From Bryobacterales bacterium (GTDB lineage Bacteria > Acidobacteriota > Terriglobia > Bryobacterales > UBA6623): a stretch of 64,000 nucleotides of DNA. This document shows, one piece after another, positions 19,847 to 28,475 of the stretch. The stretch covers positions 545,239 to 609,238 of the forward strand of contig CBDFIW010000003.1 of NCBI GenBank assembly GCA_965248255.1, written 5' to 3'. The translations under genes were made by a program, and so were the position numbers. Position 1 is the first letter of the stretch. Each line of letters opens with the position of its first letter. Below the pieces are notes generated by a model. That model had not been told where the DNA came from. It was given only the letters and a program-made list of their open reading frames with translations, and ran no database searches.

Positions 19847-20030
19847 CGTTTACGAATCCACAGTTGACGGTAAGTCGGCAAACCGGACGTGTGCCACGCG
19901 GGTACACTGCCTCCAAACGGCGTGCGAAGAGGCCCGCATTAACAAGCTACGAAAGGGGTTCACCGCTTGCTGGCGCGCGGCCCTGAAGCGAGCCGGTACT
20001 CCGCGCCGGCGCGACAGGCAGGAGTTACTT

Positions 20031-21344
20031 TCAAACTTTCTCCGGCGCCTGGAAGTCTTTGTGATAGTTGCGGCTCAACAAGTGGTTCGCTACGTTGTCG
20101 CCGGCGAAGGTCTCGGTCTTGGGATCGAAGCGCAGCTCGCGGCGCAGACGATAGGAGATGTTGCCGAGCAGACAGAACGCGTTTGAGAGGAAGATGTCTT
20201 CGATCTCGGCGTTCAGCATCTCGGGCTTGCCGGCGCGGATGGCGTCAAAGAAGTTCGTGAACTGAATGCGGTCCACGAGATCGAAGCCGCCCTCCAGCTC
20301 GGGCACGTCGCCGACGCCCGGCTCGGGCTTCTTGTTGCGGCCCAGGAAGACTTTGAAGCGGCCGCTCGAGAAGAGGCGCATGTACCCCTTCGTTCCGTAG
20401 AAATGCCAGCCTCGGGGCTCGCCGGTGTAGTAGCCGCGGATCTCGCCGATCAGGAGCGTGCCGTCGCCGAATTCGAAGGTGGTGGTCAGGGTGTTGGGCG
20501 TCTCGGCCTGGTCGTTGTAGCCGAAGCGTCCACCGACAGCGTGGATGCGCAAGGGAAGGCCCTTCTCCTTGCCCAGGCCCCAATGGCAGATGTCGGTCGC
20601 GTGGCTGCCGTTGTTACCCATCTCCCCGTTGCCGAAGTCCCAGAACCAGTGCCAGTTGTAGTGGACGAGGTTACGGTGGAAGGGCTGCTCGGGAGCGGGC
20701 CCGCGCCAGAGGTCCCAGTGCAATGAGCTTGGTACGGCCTCTGGCTGTTTGAAGCCGATCGACTCACGGGCGCCGGTGAGAAGCCAGCGCGTCATGTAGA
20801 TGTCGCCGATGACACCTTCGTGGATCTGTTTGATCGCAGCTTGGAAGTGCGGGTGTGAGCGCCGCTGCGTTCCACCCATGACGATACGTTTGTGCTTGCG
20901 GGCCGCGTCAACAAGCATGCGTCCTTCGCGGATGTTGTGCGCGACGGGTTTCTCGATGTAGGCGTGCTTGCCCGCCTGGCAGGCCCAGATGCCGGCGAGC
21001 GCGTGCCAATGATTGCAGCAGGTGACGAACACGGCGTCGATGCTCAGATCGTCCATGATGCGGCGCAAGTCGGGTTCGAGTTTGGGCTTCTTGCCGGTGC
21101 GAGCTTCGAGTTCCCCGCCGCGCTCGCGCATGCGATCTTCGTCGGGATCGCAGAGCGTGGCGACCTCGACGCCATCCATCCCGGCAAGGGTCTTCATGAC
21201 GCTGCCGCCGCGTCCGCCCATGCCGATGATGGCGAGCCGCAATCGGTCGTTGGCGCCGGCCCGACTCAGGCCGGGGCCGAGCAACGAAGCCGCGCCGACT
21301 GCCGTTGAAGCTCGCAAAAAGCTGCGCCGTTTGATGGATGCCAT
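20031..21344 (-). CDS. Gfo/Idh/MocA-family oxidoreductase with Tat signal
   Basis: KRRSFLRAS leader, LAIIGMGGRG, HAYIEKP and GEMGNNGSHATD. Confidence 0.9.
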   Translation of the reverse strand: MASIKRRSFLRASTAVGAASLLGPGLSRAGANDRLRLAIIGMGGRGGSVMKTLAGMDGVEVATLCDPDEDRMRERGGELEARTGKKPKLEPDLRRIMDDLSIDAVFVTCCNHWHALAGIWACQAGKHAYIEKPVAHNIREGRMLVDAARKHKRIVMGGTQRRSHPHFQAAIKQIHEGVIGDIYMTRWLLTGARESIGFKQPEAVPSSLHWDLWRGPAPEQPFHRNLVHYNWHWFWDFGNGEMGNNGSHATDICHWGLGKEKGLPLRIHAVGGRFGYNDQAETPNTLTTTFEFGDGTLLIGEIRGYYTGEPRGWHFYGTKGYMRLFSSGRFKVFLGRNKKPEPGVGDVPELEGGFDLVDRIQFTNFFDAIRAGKPEMLNAEIEDIFLSNAFCLLGNISYRLRRELRFDPKTETFAGDNVANHLLSRNYHKDFQAPEKV

Positions 21345-21477
21345 GATGATGCTCCCGAAATCTTTGTTGTCAGAGTTCCGGAGCCGCAAGCTGGGCCCCG
21401 TCACCGCGCTATCGTTCCTGCGCTACTACTATAGCTCGTTCGCGGATCGGGTCCGCGGCTATGATGAGTAGCTCACG

Positions 21478-22557
21478 GTGCCGCGACGGTGGCGGTCACG
21501 ACTCAGCCGAGTGCATTCAGACATCGAACACAGGGTCCCGACGCAGTTCGCAGCGACGCGGCCTTTTCGTCCGCTGCTGCGGAACGGCCACGCCCAGACC
21601 GTTGTGGCCCACTACTGGCCGGCGCCGCTCGACGAGTCCCGTTGGCCCACACGGCCGCGATTGTTTCGCACGGAGCCCGGCGTCCAGGTCTTGGCGCACG
21701 AAAATCGACAGCCGTGGAACCGACAGCCGCCCCACAGACAGCCAACGGGCTCGGCGAGAGCGACCATTCTAGCCCTGCACGGGCTTGCGGCGTCGAGTGA
21801 AGCTCCCTATCTGCGGCGGCTGGCGCAGTCTGCTCTGCTCGCCGGCTTCGATGTTGTCCGGCTGAACGTACGCAACTGCGGCGGTACCGAGCACTTGGCG
21901 CCGACCCTGTACCACTCCGGGTTGACTGTCGACCTCCGGGCGGTCGTCGAGCAGTTGGCGCCCGAGCCGCTGTTTGTGATCGGGTTCTCGATGGGGGGCA
22001 ACCTGGCGCTGAAGCTGGCCGGGGAGTGGGGGGAGGATGCACCCGCGCACGTTCGAGGAGTGTGCGGAATCTCGGTGCCGATTCAGTTGGGCGCCTGTGC
22101 CCGCCGCTTGGGAGAGCCGCGCAACCGTGTGTACCAGATCCGTTTCTTGCGGGTGTTGCGGCGGACGCTACGGCTCAAACAAACCCTGATGCCGTCAAGG
22201 TTCGGGGACGTCAGTGCGGACGGGCTGCGCTCGATCTACGAGTTCGACGACCGCGTTACGGCTCCGGCCTTCGGCTTTCGCGACGCCGAGGACTATTACG
22301 AACAAGCTTCGGCGGCCGGGTTTCTGACGGAGATTCGCCGTCCGTCGCTCTTGATTCAGGCTGATGACGATCCTTTTATTCCGGTTGAAGTATTTGATGA
22401 CCCGGTGTTTGAGCGAAGCCCGCACTTGTCACTCTTGCGGGTGGCACACGGCGGGCATGTGGCGTTCCTGGGGAAGGGTCAGCCGCGGTTCTGGGCGAGC
22501 GAGCAGGCATTGGAGTTTTGCCTGGGGGTTGGGAGTCTGGGAGCCAGCCCCGCGTGA
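21478..22557 (+). CDS. YheT-like alpha/beta hydrolase (start uncertain)
   Basis: NGHAQTV, LHGLAASS, IGFSMGGN nucleophile elbow, IYEFDDRVTAP and GGHVAF. Confidence 0.85.
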   Translation: MPRRWRSRLSRVHSDIEHRVPTQFAATRPFRPLLRNGHAQTVVAHYWPAPLDESRWPTRPRLFRTEPGVQVLAHENRQPWNRQPPHRQPTGSARATILALHGLAASSEAPYLRRLAQSALLAGFDVVRLNVRNCGGTEHLAPTLYHSGLTVDLRAVVEQLAPEPLFVIGFSMGGNLALKLAGEWGEDAPAHVRGVCGISVPIQLGACARRLGEPRNRVYQIRFLRVLRRTLRLKQTLMPSRFGDVSADGLRSIYEFDDRVTAPAFGFRDAEDYYEQASAAGFLTEIRRPSLLIQADDDPFIPVEVFDDPVFERSPHLSLLRVAHGGHVAFLGKGQPRFWASEQALEFCLGVGSLGASPA

Positions 22558-22595
22558 GCCTGCGCCTACGGTATATTCGTGGGTTTGGAGGAACT

Positions 22596-24035
22596 ATGCG
22601 ACTTCGCGCTTTGGCGGCACGTTCGTTTCTGACGATCAGCCTGTCTGCGGCTTTTCTGACGGCCGGGGATTGGTCCCGTTTTCGAGGACCGAACGGCGCC
22701 GGGGTTGCCGATGATACAGGGCTGCCGGTCAAGTTCGGTCCCGATAAGAACGTCGTCTGGAAGACCGAGTTGCCGCCTGGGCACTCCTCGCCCGTGTTCG
22801 GCGAGGAAGCGATCTTTCTGACCGGGTGGGAGGGGGAGAGTCTCTTCACCTTCGCGCTCGATCGGCAAACGGGCCGCATCCTGTGGCGTCGCGAGATCGC
22901 TCAGCGGCGCAAGGGGGAGTTGCATGAGACGAATAGTGCGGCGTCACCCAGTGCGGCCACCGACGGCAAGAACGTGTATGTGTTCTTTCAGGACGTCGGA
23001 ATGATCTCCTACGGCCCGGACGGCAACGAGCGCTGGCGGCTGCCGCTGGGGCCGTTCAACAACCCGATGGGTATGGCCACGTCGCCAATTGTCGCCGAAG
23101 GGTTGGTGATCCAGATCTGTGACTCGGAGACCGACTCGTTCATGCTGGCGGTGGAAAAGGACAGCGGCCGGGTGGCGTGGCGCAACGAGCGGTCGTTCGT
23201 AACACGTGGTTTTTCGACGCCAGTGCTTTACGATCCCAAGGACGGCAGCGGGCTCCAAGTGCTTGTGGCGGGCTCGTATGAGTTGATCGCGTATTCGGTC
23301 GCTACCGGTGACAGGGTCTGGTGGGTGCGCGGGCTGACGTGGCAGCTTAAGCCGACACCCGTGATGGACGAGGACACGATCTATATTCTGTGTTGGGCCG
23401 GGCAGGCGGACCTGGGCCAGCAGCAAGACGTCCCGCCGTTTGAAGAGGCCCTCAAGCTCCACGACAAAAACGGTGACGGCAAGATCGCCCAAGAAGAAGC
23501 GCCCGAGCCGGCAATGCAGAAAGGCTGGAACTCCTACGACCTGGATCTTGACGGGCACATGAACGAGCGTGACTGGCACCACTATCGGGCGAAACGCTCC
23601 TCCGTAAATGCGGTCAACGCGATCCGGCTGGGTGGCAAAGGTGACATGACCGAAGGGGCGTTCCGCTGGCGCTACTACAAGACGCTGCCGAATGTGCCGT
23701 CGCCCTTGCTCTACCGGAATGTCCTCTACCTGGTGAAAGATGGCGGCATCGTTACAGCGCTGGATGCCCAAAGCGGTGAGGTTCTCAAGCAGGGACGGTT
23801 GAGGAACGCGTTGGAGAAGTATTTCTCCGCGCCGGTGGCGGCCGACGGCAAGGTCTACATGATGAGTCAGGCCGGCAAGGTGTCGGTGCTCAAACCCGGC
23901 GCGGAGTGGGAAGTCATGCGGACGAACGAGCTGGGGCATGATGCGTACGCCACGCCGGCGATCGTCGACGGGAAGCTGTACATCCGCACGGATTGGGGCC
24001 TGTACTGCTTCGCGGAAGGCGCGCAGGGTGGCTGA
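22596..24035 (+). CDS. Secreted PQQ-like beta-propeller repeat protein with two inserted EF-hand-like motifs
   Basis: Signal peptide, WSRFRGPNG, repeated SSPV/SPSAATDG/TSPIV blades, and DKNGDGKIAQEE plus DLDLDGHMNERD. Confidence 0.85.
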   Translation: MRLRALAARSFLTISLSAAFLTAGDWSRFRGPNGAGVADDTGLPVKFGPDKNVVWKTELPPGHSSPVFGEEAIFLTGWEGESLFTFALDRQTGRILWRREIAQRRKGELHETNSAASPSAATDGKNVYVFFQDVGMISYGPDGNERWRLPLGPFNNPMGMATSPIVAEGLVIQICDSETDSFMLAVEKDSGRVAWRNERSFVTRGFSTPVLYDPKDGSGLQVLVAGSYELIAYSVATGDRVWWVRGLTWQLKPTPVMDEDTIYILCWAGQADLGQQQDVPPFEEALKLHDKNGDGKIAQEEAPEPAMQKGWNSYDLDLDGHMNERDWHHYRAKRSSVNAVNAIRLGGKGDMTEGAFRWRYYKTLPNVPSPLLYRNVLYLVKDGGIVTALDAQSGEVLKQGRLRNALEKYFSAPVAADGKVYMMSQAGKVSVLKPGAEWEVMRTNELGHDAYATPAIVDGKLYIRTDWGLYCFAEGAQGG

Positions 24036-24239
24036 GATCTGGGCCGCAACGTCACGGTCGCGGCTTCGGATCAAGCGGCTGCTCGGCTAGTCCGAGCACG
24101 CGCCGTGATTCGGGATCTTGCAGGAAAACCAAGGACCGTAGGTGAATCCCGCTTCCACCCTGGTTGTAGGCATACTCCCGCTGTAGTTCCGATGGTTCGA
24201 GCGGCACTCGTATTAATCCTGTTGAGGACCTTCACCCGG
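23665..24239 (+). repeat. Copy A of a diverged direct duplication (3' end of the PQQ gene plus decayed 3' end of the DUF1223 gene)
   Basis: Aligns by eye along its whole length to 25009-25552. Confidence 0.9.
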
Positions 24240-24658
24240 AGATTCGGTCGAGGCTGAAGTGGCCGATATTTACCACCGCTGATGTCGCCCTCGATGTGGT
24301 CACAGGCGCCGTTGATCTCGCCCACCAACGCGTTGGACGAGCCGGGCTGTCCGGAGAGCGTGGTGAAGATGATGATAGTCGCGTTCGACCCCATCTGCCA
24401 CGCCTGCACGTCGCCCGAGCCGAGCGCGATGTCGTCGGCGCCCGTGAAACTCCAGTCGCCCGAATCGCCGAGGCCGAGGCCCGAGATTGTTACGTCGAGT
24501 TGTACGTTCGCAGCCTCAGTCACATAGCTTCCGCGCCACTGGCCTAAGAGGCAGCCGTCGGGAGGGTTGGCGTTGCCGCACCCGGTCAGCGCCATGAGGC
24601 CGAAGGCGACCGCGAGGGTGACGCACCGCCCAAGCGTCATAAAGGGTTTCTGAAGCAT
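24071..24658 (-). CDS. Hypothetical lipoprotein whose frame runs into the decayed DUF1223 remnant (chimeric C-terminus)
   Basis: Lipobox LMALTG-C. The C-terminal RVKVLNRINTSAARTIGTTAGVCLQPGWKRD matches DUF1223 RRLKILETIDTSATQTFATATTVRLQPEWNRD. Confidence 0.55.
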   Translation of the reverse strand: MLQKPFMTLGRCVTLAVAFGLMALTGCGNANPPDGCLLGQWRGSYVTEAANVQLDVTISGLGLGDSGDWSFTGADDIALGSGDVQAWQMGSNATIIIFTTLSGQPGSSNALVGEINGACDHIEGDISGGKYRPLQPRPNLRVKVLNRINTSAARTIGTTAGVCLQPGWKRDSPTVLGFPARSRITARARTSRAAA

Positions 24659-24905
24659 TTTCCTATTCTCCGTTGGCTGAGTTCCAGCCCTGCCGCCTTC
24701 CACCGCGGTCACACAGCCTTGGTTTGGCCGCCCCGGAAGAATAATCCCAATGGCGACTACGATCTGCGCTGGCGCTGTTCTGGACGCCGAGCCTCCAAAG
24801 GCCCTCGCGCTCACGACAGGAGTTCGTCAGATCATACCAGATTGATCAGTCTAATCACGATCGGGCTGCCTTCTTGTTTGGGAGCGCCCTAGGGCCGTTG
24901 GATCA

Positions 24906-24933
24906 CCCCCCCCCCCCCCCCCCCCCCCCCCCC
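24906..24933 (+). repeat. C28 homopolymer, intergenic
   Basis: Counted directly in the sequence. Confidence 0.9.
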
Positions 24934-25008
24934 GAACGGCCGAACCAAGATTGCTCAGCCCGGTGGAGAACAGCTCCCTGTCACAAACTGAATGGATCGG
25001 TCATAGAA

Positions 25009-25349
25009 GCTGGCGTTACTATGAAACCCTGCCGAATGTGCCGTCACCGTTGCTCTACCGGAACGTCCTCTATCTGGTAGAAGATGGCGTCATCATTACA
25101 GCGTTGGATGCCCAAAGCGGTGAGGTTCTCAAGCAAGGACGGCTGCGGAACGCGTTGGAGAAGTATTTCTCGGCGCCGGTGGCGGCCGACGGCAAGGTCT
25201 ATATGATGAGCCAGGCCGGATTGGGAAGTGACTCAGGTGAATGAACTGGGGCATATGCCTACGCGACGCCGGCGATCCTGGACGGGAAGCTGTACATCCG
25301 CACGGATCGGGGCCTATACTGCTTCGCGGAAGGCCCGAAGGGTAGCTGA
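25009..25349 (+). pseudogene. 3' remnant of a PQQ-repeat gene (within duplication copy B, 25009-25552)
   Basis: Reads WRYYETLPNVPSPLLYRNVLYLV...MMSQAG, then has a ~29-bp deletion and a further 1-bp deletion relative to 22596-24035. Confidence 0.85.
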
Positions 25350-25365
25350 GCTACGGGCGGGAACG

Positions 25366-26211
25366 TCACGGTCGCGGAGTTGGATCGAGCGGCTGCTCGG
25401 TTACTCCGAGCACGCGCCGCGATTCGCGATCTTGCAGGAAAACCACAGCCCGTAGGCGATCCCGATTCCACTCTGGCTGCAGGCGCACTGTCGTTGCGGT
25501 TGCAAAGGTTTGAGTGGCACTCGTATCAATCGTTTCCAGGATCTTCAGCCGGCGCACCACACGCTGGTGCTCGAGCGACTTGCCGGCGTTCTCCCCACGT
25601 GGCACCTGGACTTTAAGTTCATCCTCGGTGATGGCCAGCAGAACGTCGACCCGGCGCAACCGCATCTCCTTGGGAATATCGGAAACCGAAACGTTCAACC
25701 GCACGGCATCACTGTCGCCAAGGCCGCCTGGCGGCACGGAGACCTTGACCTCGGCCTTCCGATTGCGCGCTGCCTTCTTGAGGGCTCGGCACAGTTTGCG
25801 AGCCTCACTTCCGACGAACTCCTCGGTTCCATCGACGATCATCTGAGGAGTGTAGATCTGCGTGTTGCCAAAAGCCTCGCTGTAATCGGCTTGTCGTGCG
25901 CTGAATTGCGAGGACGAAAACGGGTCCTTCCAGCCCAGTCGATCCCAGTAGTCAACGTGTTCACTGAGACCAATCACCTTCATGCCGGCAATGGGCTGCT
26001 TGGACACGACGTCAGCCAGAATCCGATCGGCGGGGGGACAGATCGAGCAGCCTTCGGAAGTGAATAGTTCCACCAGCACGACGGCGGGCTGTTGAATACT
26101 GTTTGGGCCCGTAGCGTCATCGGGATTGGACTGAGACCTTTCTTCCGAAAGGCCGAGGACAACGCCGAAACCGAACACGGCGACAATCAAGATTGCGTGC
26201 CAGGATTTCAT
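25366..26211 (-). CDS. Secreted DUF1223 thioredoxin-like protein
   Basis: Signal peptide MKSWHAILIVAVFG, VELFTSEGCSICPPAD, HVDYWDRLGWKDPF, IYTPQMIVDG and GENAG. Confidence 0.9.
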   Translation of the reverse strand: MKSWHAILIVAVFGFGVVLGLSEERSQSNPDDATGPNSIQQPAVVLVELFTSEGCSICPPADRILADVVSKQPIAGMKVIGLSEHVDYWDRLGWKDPFSSSQFSARQADYSEAFGNTQIYTPQMIVDGTEEFVGSEARKLCRALKKAARNRKAEVKVSVPPGGLGDSDAVRLNVSVSDIPKEMRLRRVDVLLAITEDELKVQVPRGENAGKSLEHQRVVRRLKILETIDTSATQTFATATTVRLQPEWNRDRLRAVVFLQDRESRRVLGVTEQPLDPTPRP

Positions 26212-26219
26212 AGTTCTTA

Positions 26220-27313
26220 TTGACTCCCGCATAATATAGAGTCAGTCAAAACAAAGAGAAGACTGTTTCCAGAAGGCCGTGATCAAACGCGGTTTGCGGT
26301 ACATGCGGCGGAGTGCCTTGCGGGCCCGCTCGTTCAGCTCGCCGTAGTCTTTCGGACAGACGTTCGGCAACTCGTGCTGCTTCCAGTAAGCCCAGATGTA
26401 TTCCACCGGATTCAACTCCGGCGCATAGGGTGGCAAGTACTCGGTTGCGATGTGGCCTTCGGAGAGTTCGATGAACTCTTGCACCAGGCGGCTACGGTGC
26501 GCCGGCAGCCGATCCCAGACGATCAGCAGCGGGCGATCGATATGACGTGCCAACGCCTTGAGAAAGTCGGTCACTTGCTCTTTGCCGATCGCACCGGGAT
26601 AGAGCCGGAAGTAGAAGTTACGCAGCGTCAGCCCCGCCGAGACGGAAAGCTTCTCCCAGTTGAAGTTAAACTGCAGCACCGGTGTTTGGCCACGTGGCGC
26701 CCAGGTGCGGCAGCGATGCGGCTTCTGACTCAATCCGCTTTCGTCGATGAAGACGAGCGTACGGCCTTCGTTTTGGGCTTTTTTTTAATGCGCTTCCAGG
26801 TCTTGCGCTTCCAGGTGCGGATCCGCTCTTCGTTGCGCTCGCGCGCCTTTCCGGCCGGGCGTTGCGGGCTCCAGTCGAGCGCTCGCAGGATCTTCCAGGC
26901 GTGGCCTGCGTGGTATGCGACCCCGAACTCGTCTCCGGTCAGCCGAGCCACCCGCGGACAGCTCCACAGGGGCGTTGGGAAGCCGTGGGCTTCCGGGCCT
27001 TCCAGCAGCAGCGACGTCAGGCGTTCGCGTTGTGCGGCATCGAGGAGCGGCTTGCGTCCGGCGCGCCCGGCCTGGCGGAGTCCGGCCGCACCCTGCTCGC
27101 GGTATTGCCGCCGCCACTCACTGACGGTTTGGCGAGCGACGTTCAGCCGTCTCGCCGTCTCGGACTGATTGTGGCCTTGGTGGAGCAGCCGCATCGCTTC
27201 GAAACGGCGCTTCTCCAGCGCCTTGAAATCCCGCTTCACACCTTTGGGGTTGCCCATACATATATAGATGCTCCACACTGTCAAAAAGTGTCATAATAAT
27301 TTGCGGGATTCAA
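26220..27313 (-). mobile_element. IS630-family element, copy 2 (1094 bp; orfA/orfB split at A8)
   Basis: TA at 26218-19 and 27314-15; same IRs and ORFs as copy 1; T8 at 26779-26786. Confidence 0.95.
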
Positions 27314-27440
27314 TAGTAGACGCAGGTAGAAAGGTCCGGGATTCAGCAAACCCGCTGCGGTGACAACCAACGACCTAATGTCCGGGGCCGGTCGGTGAGT
27401 CTCGATCGCCGCCACGCGTCGGAGCGCGTGCATCTCGGAC

Positions 27441-27464
27441 CGCTCCCTGACGGTCACGGCTCAG
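27441..27464. repeat. REP-like element, second family
   Basis: CGCTCCCTGACGGTCACGGCTCAG; 20/24 match to 36854-36877; both lie just downstream of minus-strand stop codons. Confidence 0.55.
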
Positions 27465-27491
27465 ATTAGAGGTGGCTGCCCAGAGCTGAAT

Positions 27492-28475
27492 TCACTTGCG
27501 TTGTGGGCCTGTCACGTCCCACCAGCGGCCGCCGTTGGTGGTCTTGAGTACGCCGCCCTCGCCGCCGTAGTAGAGGGTGGGTGGGTCGGTTTTCGTGTCG
27601 AACACCAGCATCCAAGCGCGGTTGGACCAGCGGAGGCCTGCCGGCTCGAAGGTGCGGGCGCTGTCGATGCTGCGAAAGACTCCGGCGCGTGTTCCGGCGT
27701 AGACGTGCTTTGGGTTGGCGGGGTCGACTGTGATCGTCAAGATGTCCTCCGCCAAAACCTTCTCTCCCGCGGTCCAGGAGACCCCGCTGTCGGCAGATCG
27801 GTAGACACCGCGGGGGTTTGTTGCCTCGTAGAGAACCTCAGGGTCGCTCGGATCGAGAGCCAGAGCGCGGACATCCACGTCGTAGAGGCAGTTAGGGTTG
27901 GTTGTCCATGACTGGCCGCCGTCGGTCGTCTTGTACACGCCGTGCCACGTCCCGGCGTAGAGCGTGGCGGGGTTCGTCGGGTCGATCACGAGAGCACGCA
28001 CTGTCTTGTCGATGAGTCCGCGATTGATCTCGTGCCAGTGGGCGCCACCGTCGCTTGAGTTGAACACGCCGCCTCCATCGGTGCCGGCGTAAAGGGTCGT
28101 ACCGTCGGCCGGATCGATCACAAGGCCGCGGACACGCGAGTTCGAGAGCCCGTGGTTCACCGGTTGCCACGAGCCGGCGGCGTTGGTGCTTTTGTAGACC
28201 CCCATTTCATACGTAGCGGTGTAGATGACGTCCGGGTTCAAGGGGTCGAGGACGATCGCGCGTGGCGAGAGGTTCTCGAGTCCGGTGGAGGGCCAGTTGT
28301 CTTTGCCGCCGCTGATGGTCTTGCACAACCCCTTCGCGGCCCCGGCGTAGATGATCTGGGTATTGGTCGGATGCAGAGCGATAGCTTGGGTCTCACCGCC
28401 TCCCGGAGAACCCATCTGCGCTTGCAGGGGCGCGAGGGCGATCAGAATTGTGGCCGCGCGGACACCTGCCTTCAT
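27492..28475 (-). CDS. Secreted BNR/Asp-box (VPS10-like) beta-propeller protein
   Basis: Signal peptide and repeated units such as ALVIDPTNPATLYAGTWHGVYKTTDGGQSW. ATGA overlap with the upstream gene. Confidence 0.8.
   Translation of the reverse strand: MKAGVRAATILIALAPLQAQMGSPGGGETQAIALHPTNTQIIYAGAAKGLCKTISGGKDNWPSTGLENLSPRAIVLDPLNPDVIYTATYEMGVYKSTNAAGSWQPVNHGLSNSRVRGLVIDPADGTTLYAGTDGGGVFNSSDGGAHWHEINRGLIDKTVRALVIDPTNPATLYAGTWHGVYKTTDGGQSWTTNPNCLYDVDVRALALDPSDPEVLYEATNPRGVYRSADSGVSWTAGEKVLAEDILTITVDPANPKHVYAGTRAGVFRSIDSARTFEPAGLRWSNRAWMLVFDTKTDPPTLYYGGEGGVLKTTNGGRWWDVTGPQRK

Noticed and set aside
27316-27370. c-di-GMP-type riboswitch near GACGCAGG/GCAAACC
   Set aside because: The motif order and stems do not fit the consensus.
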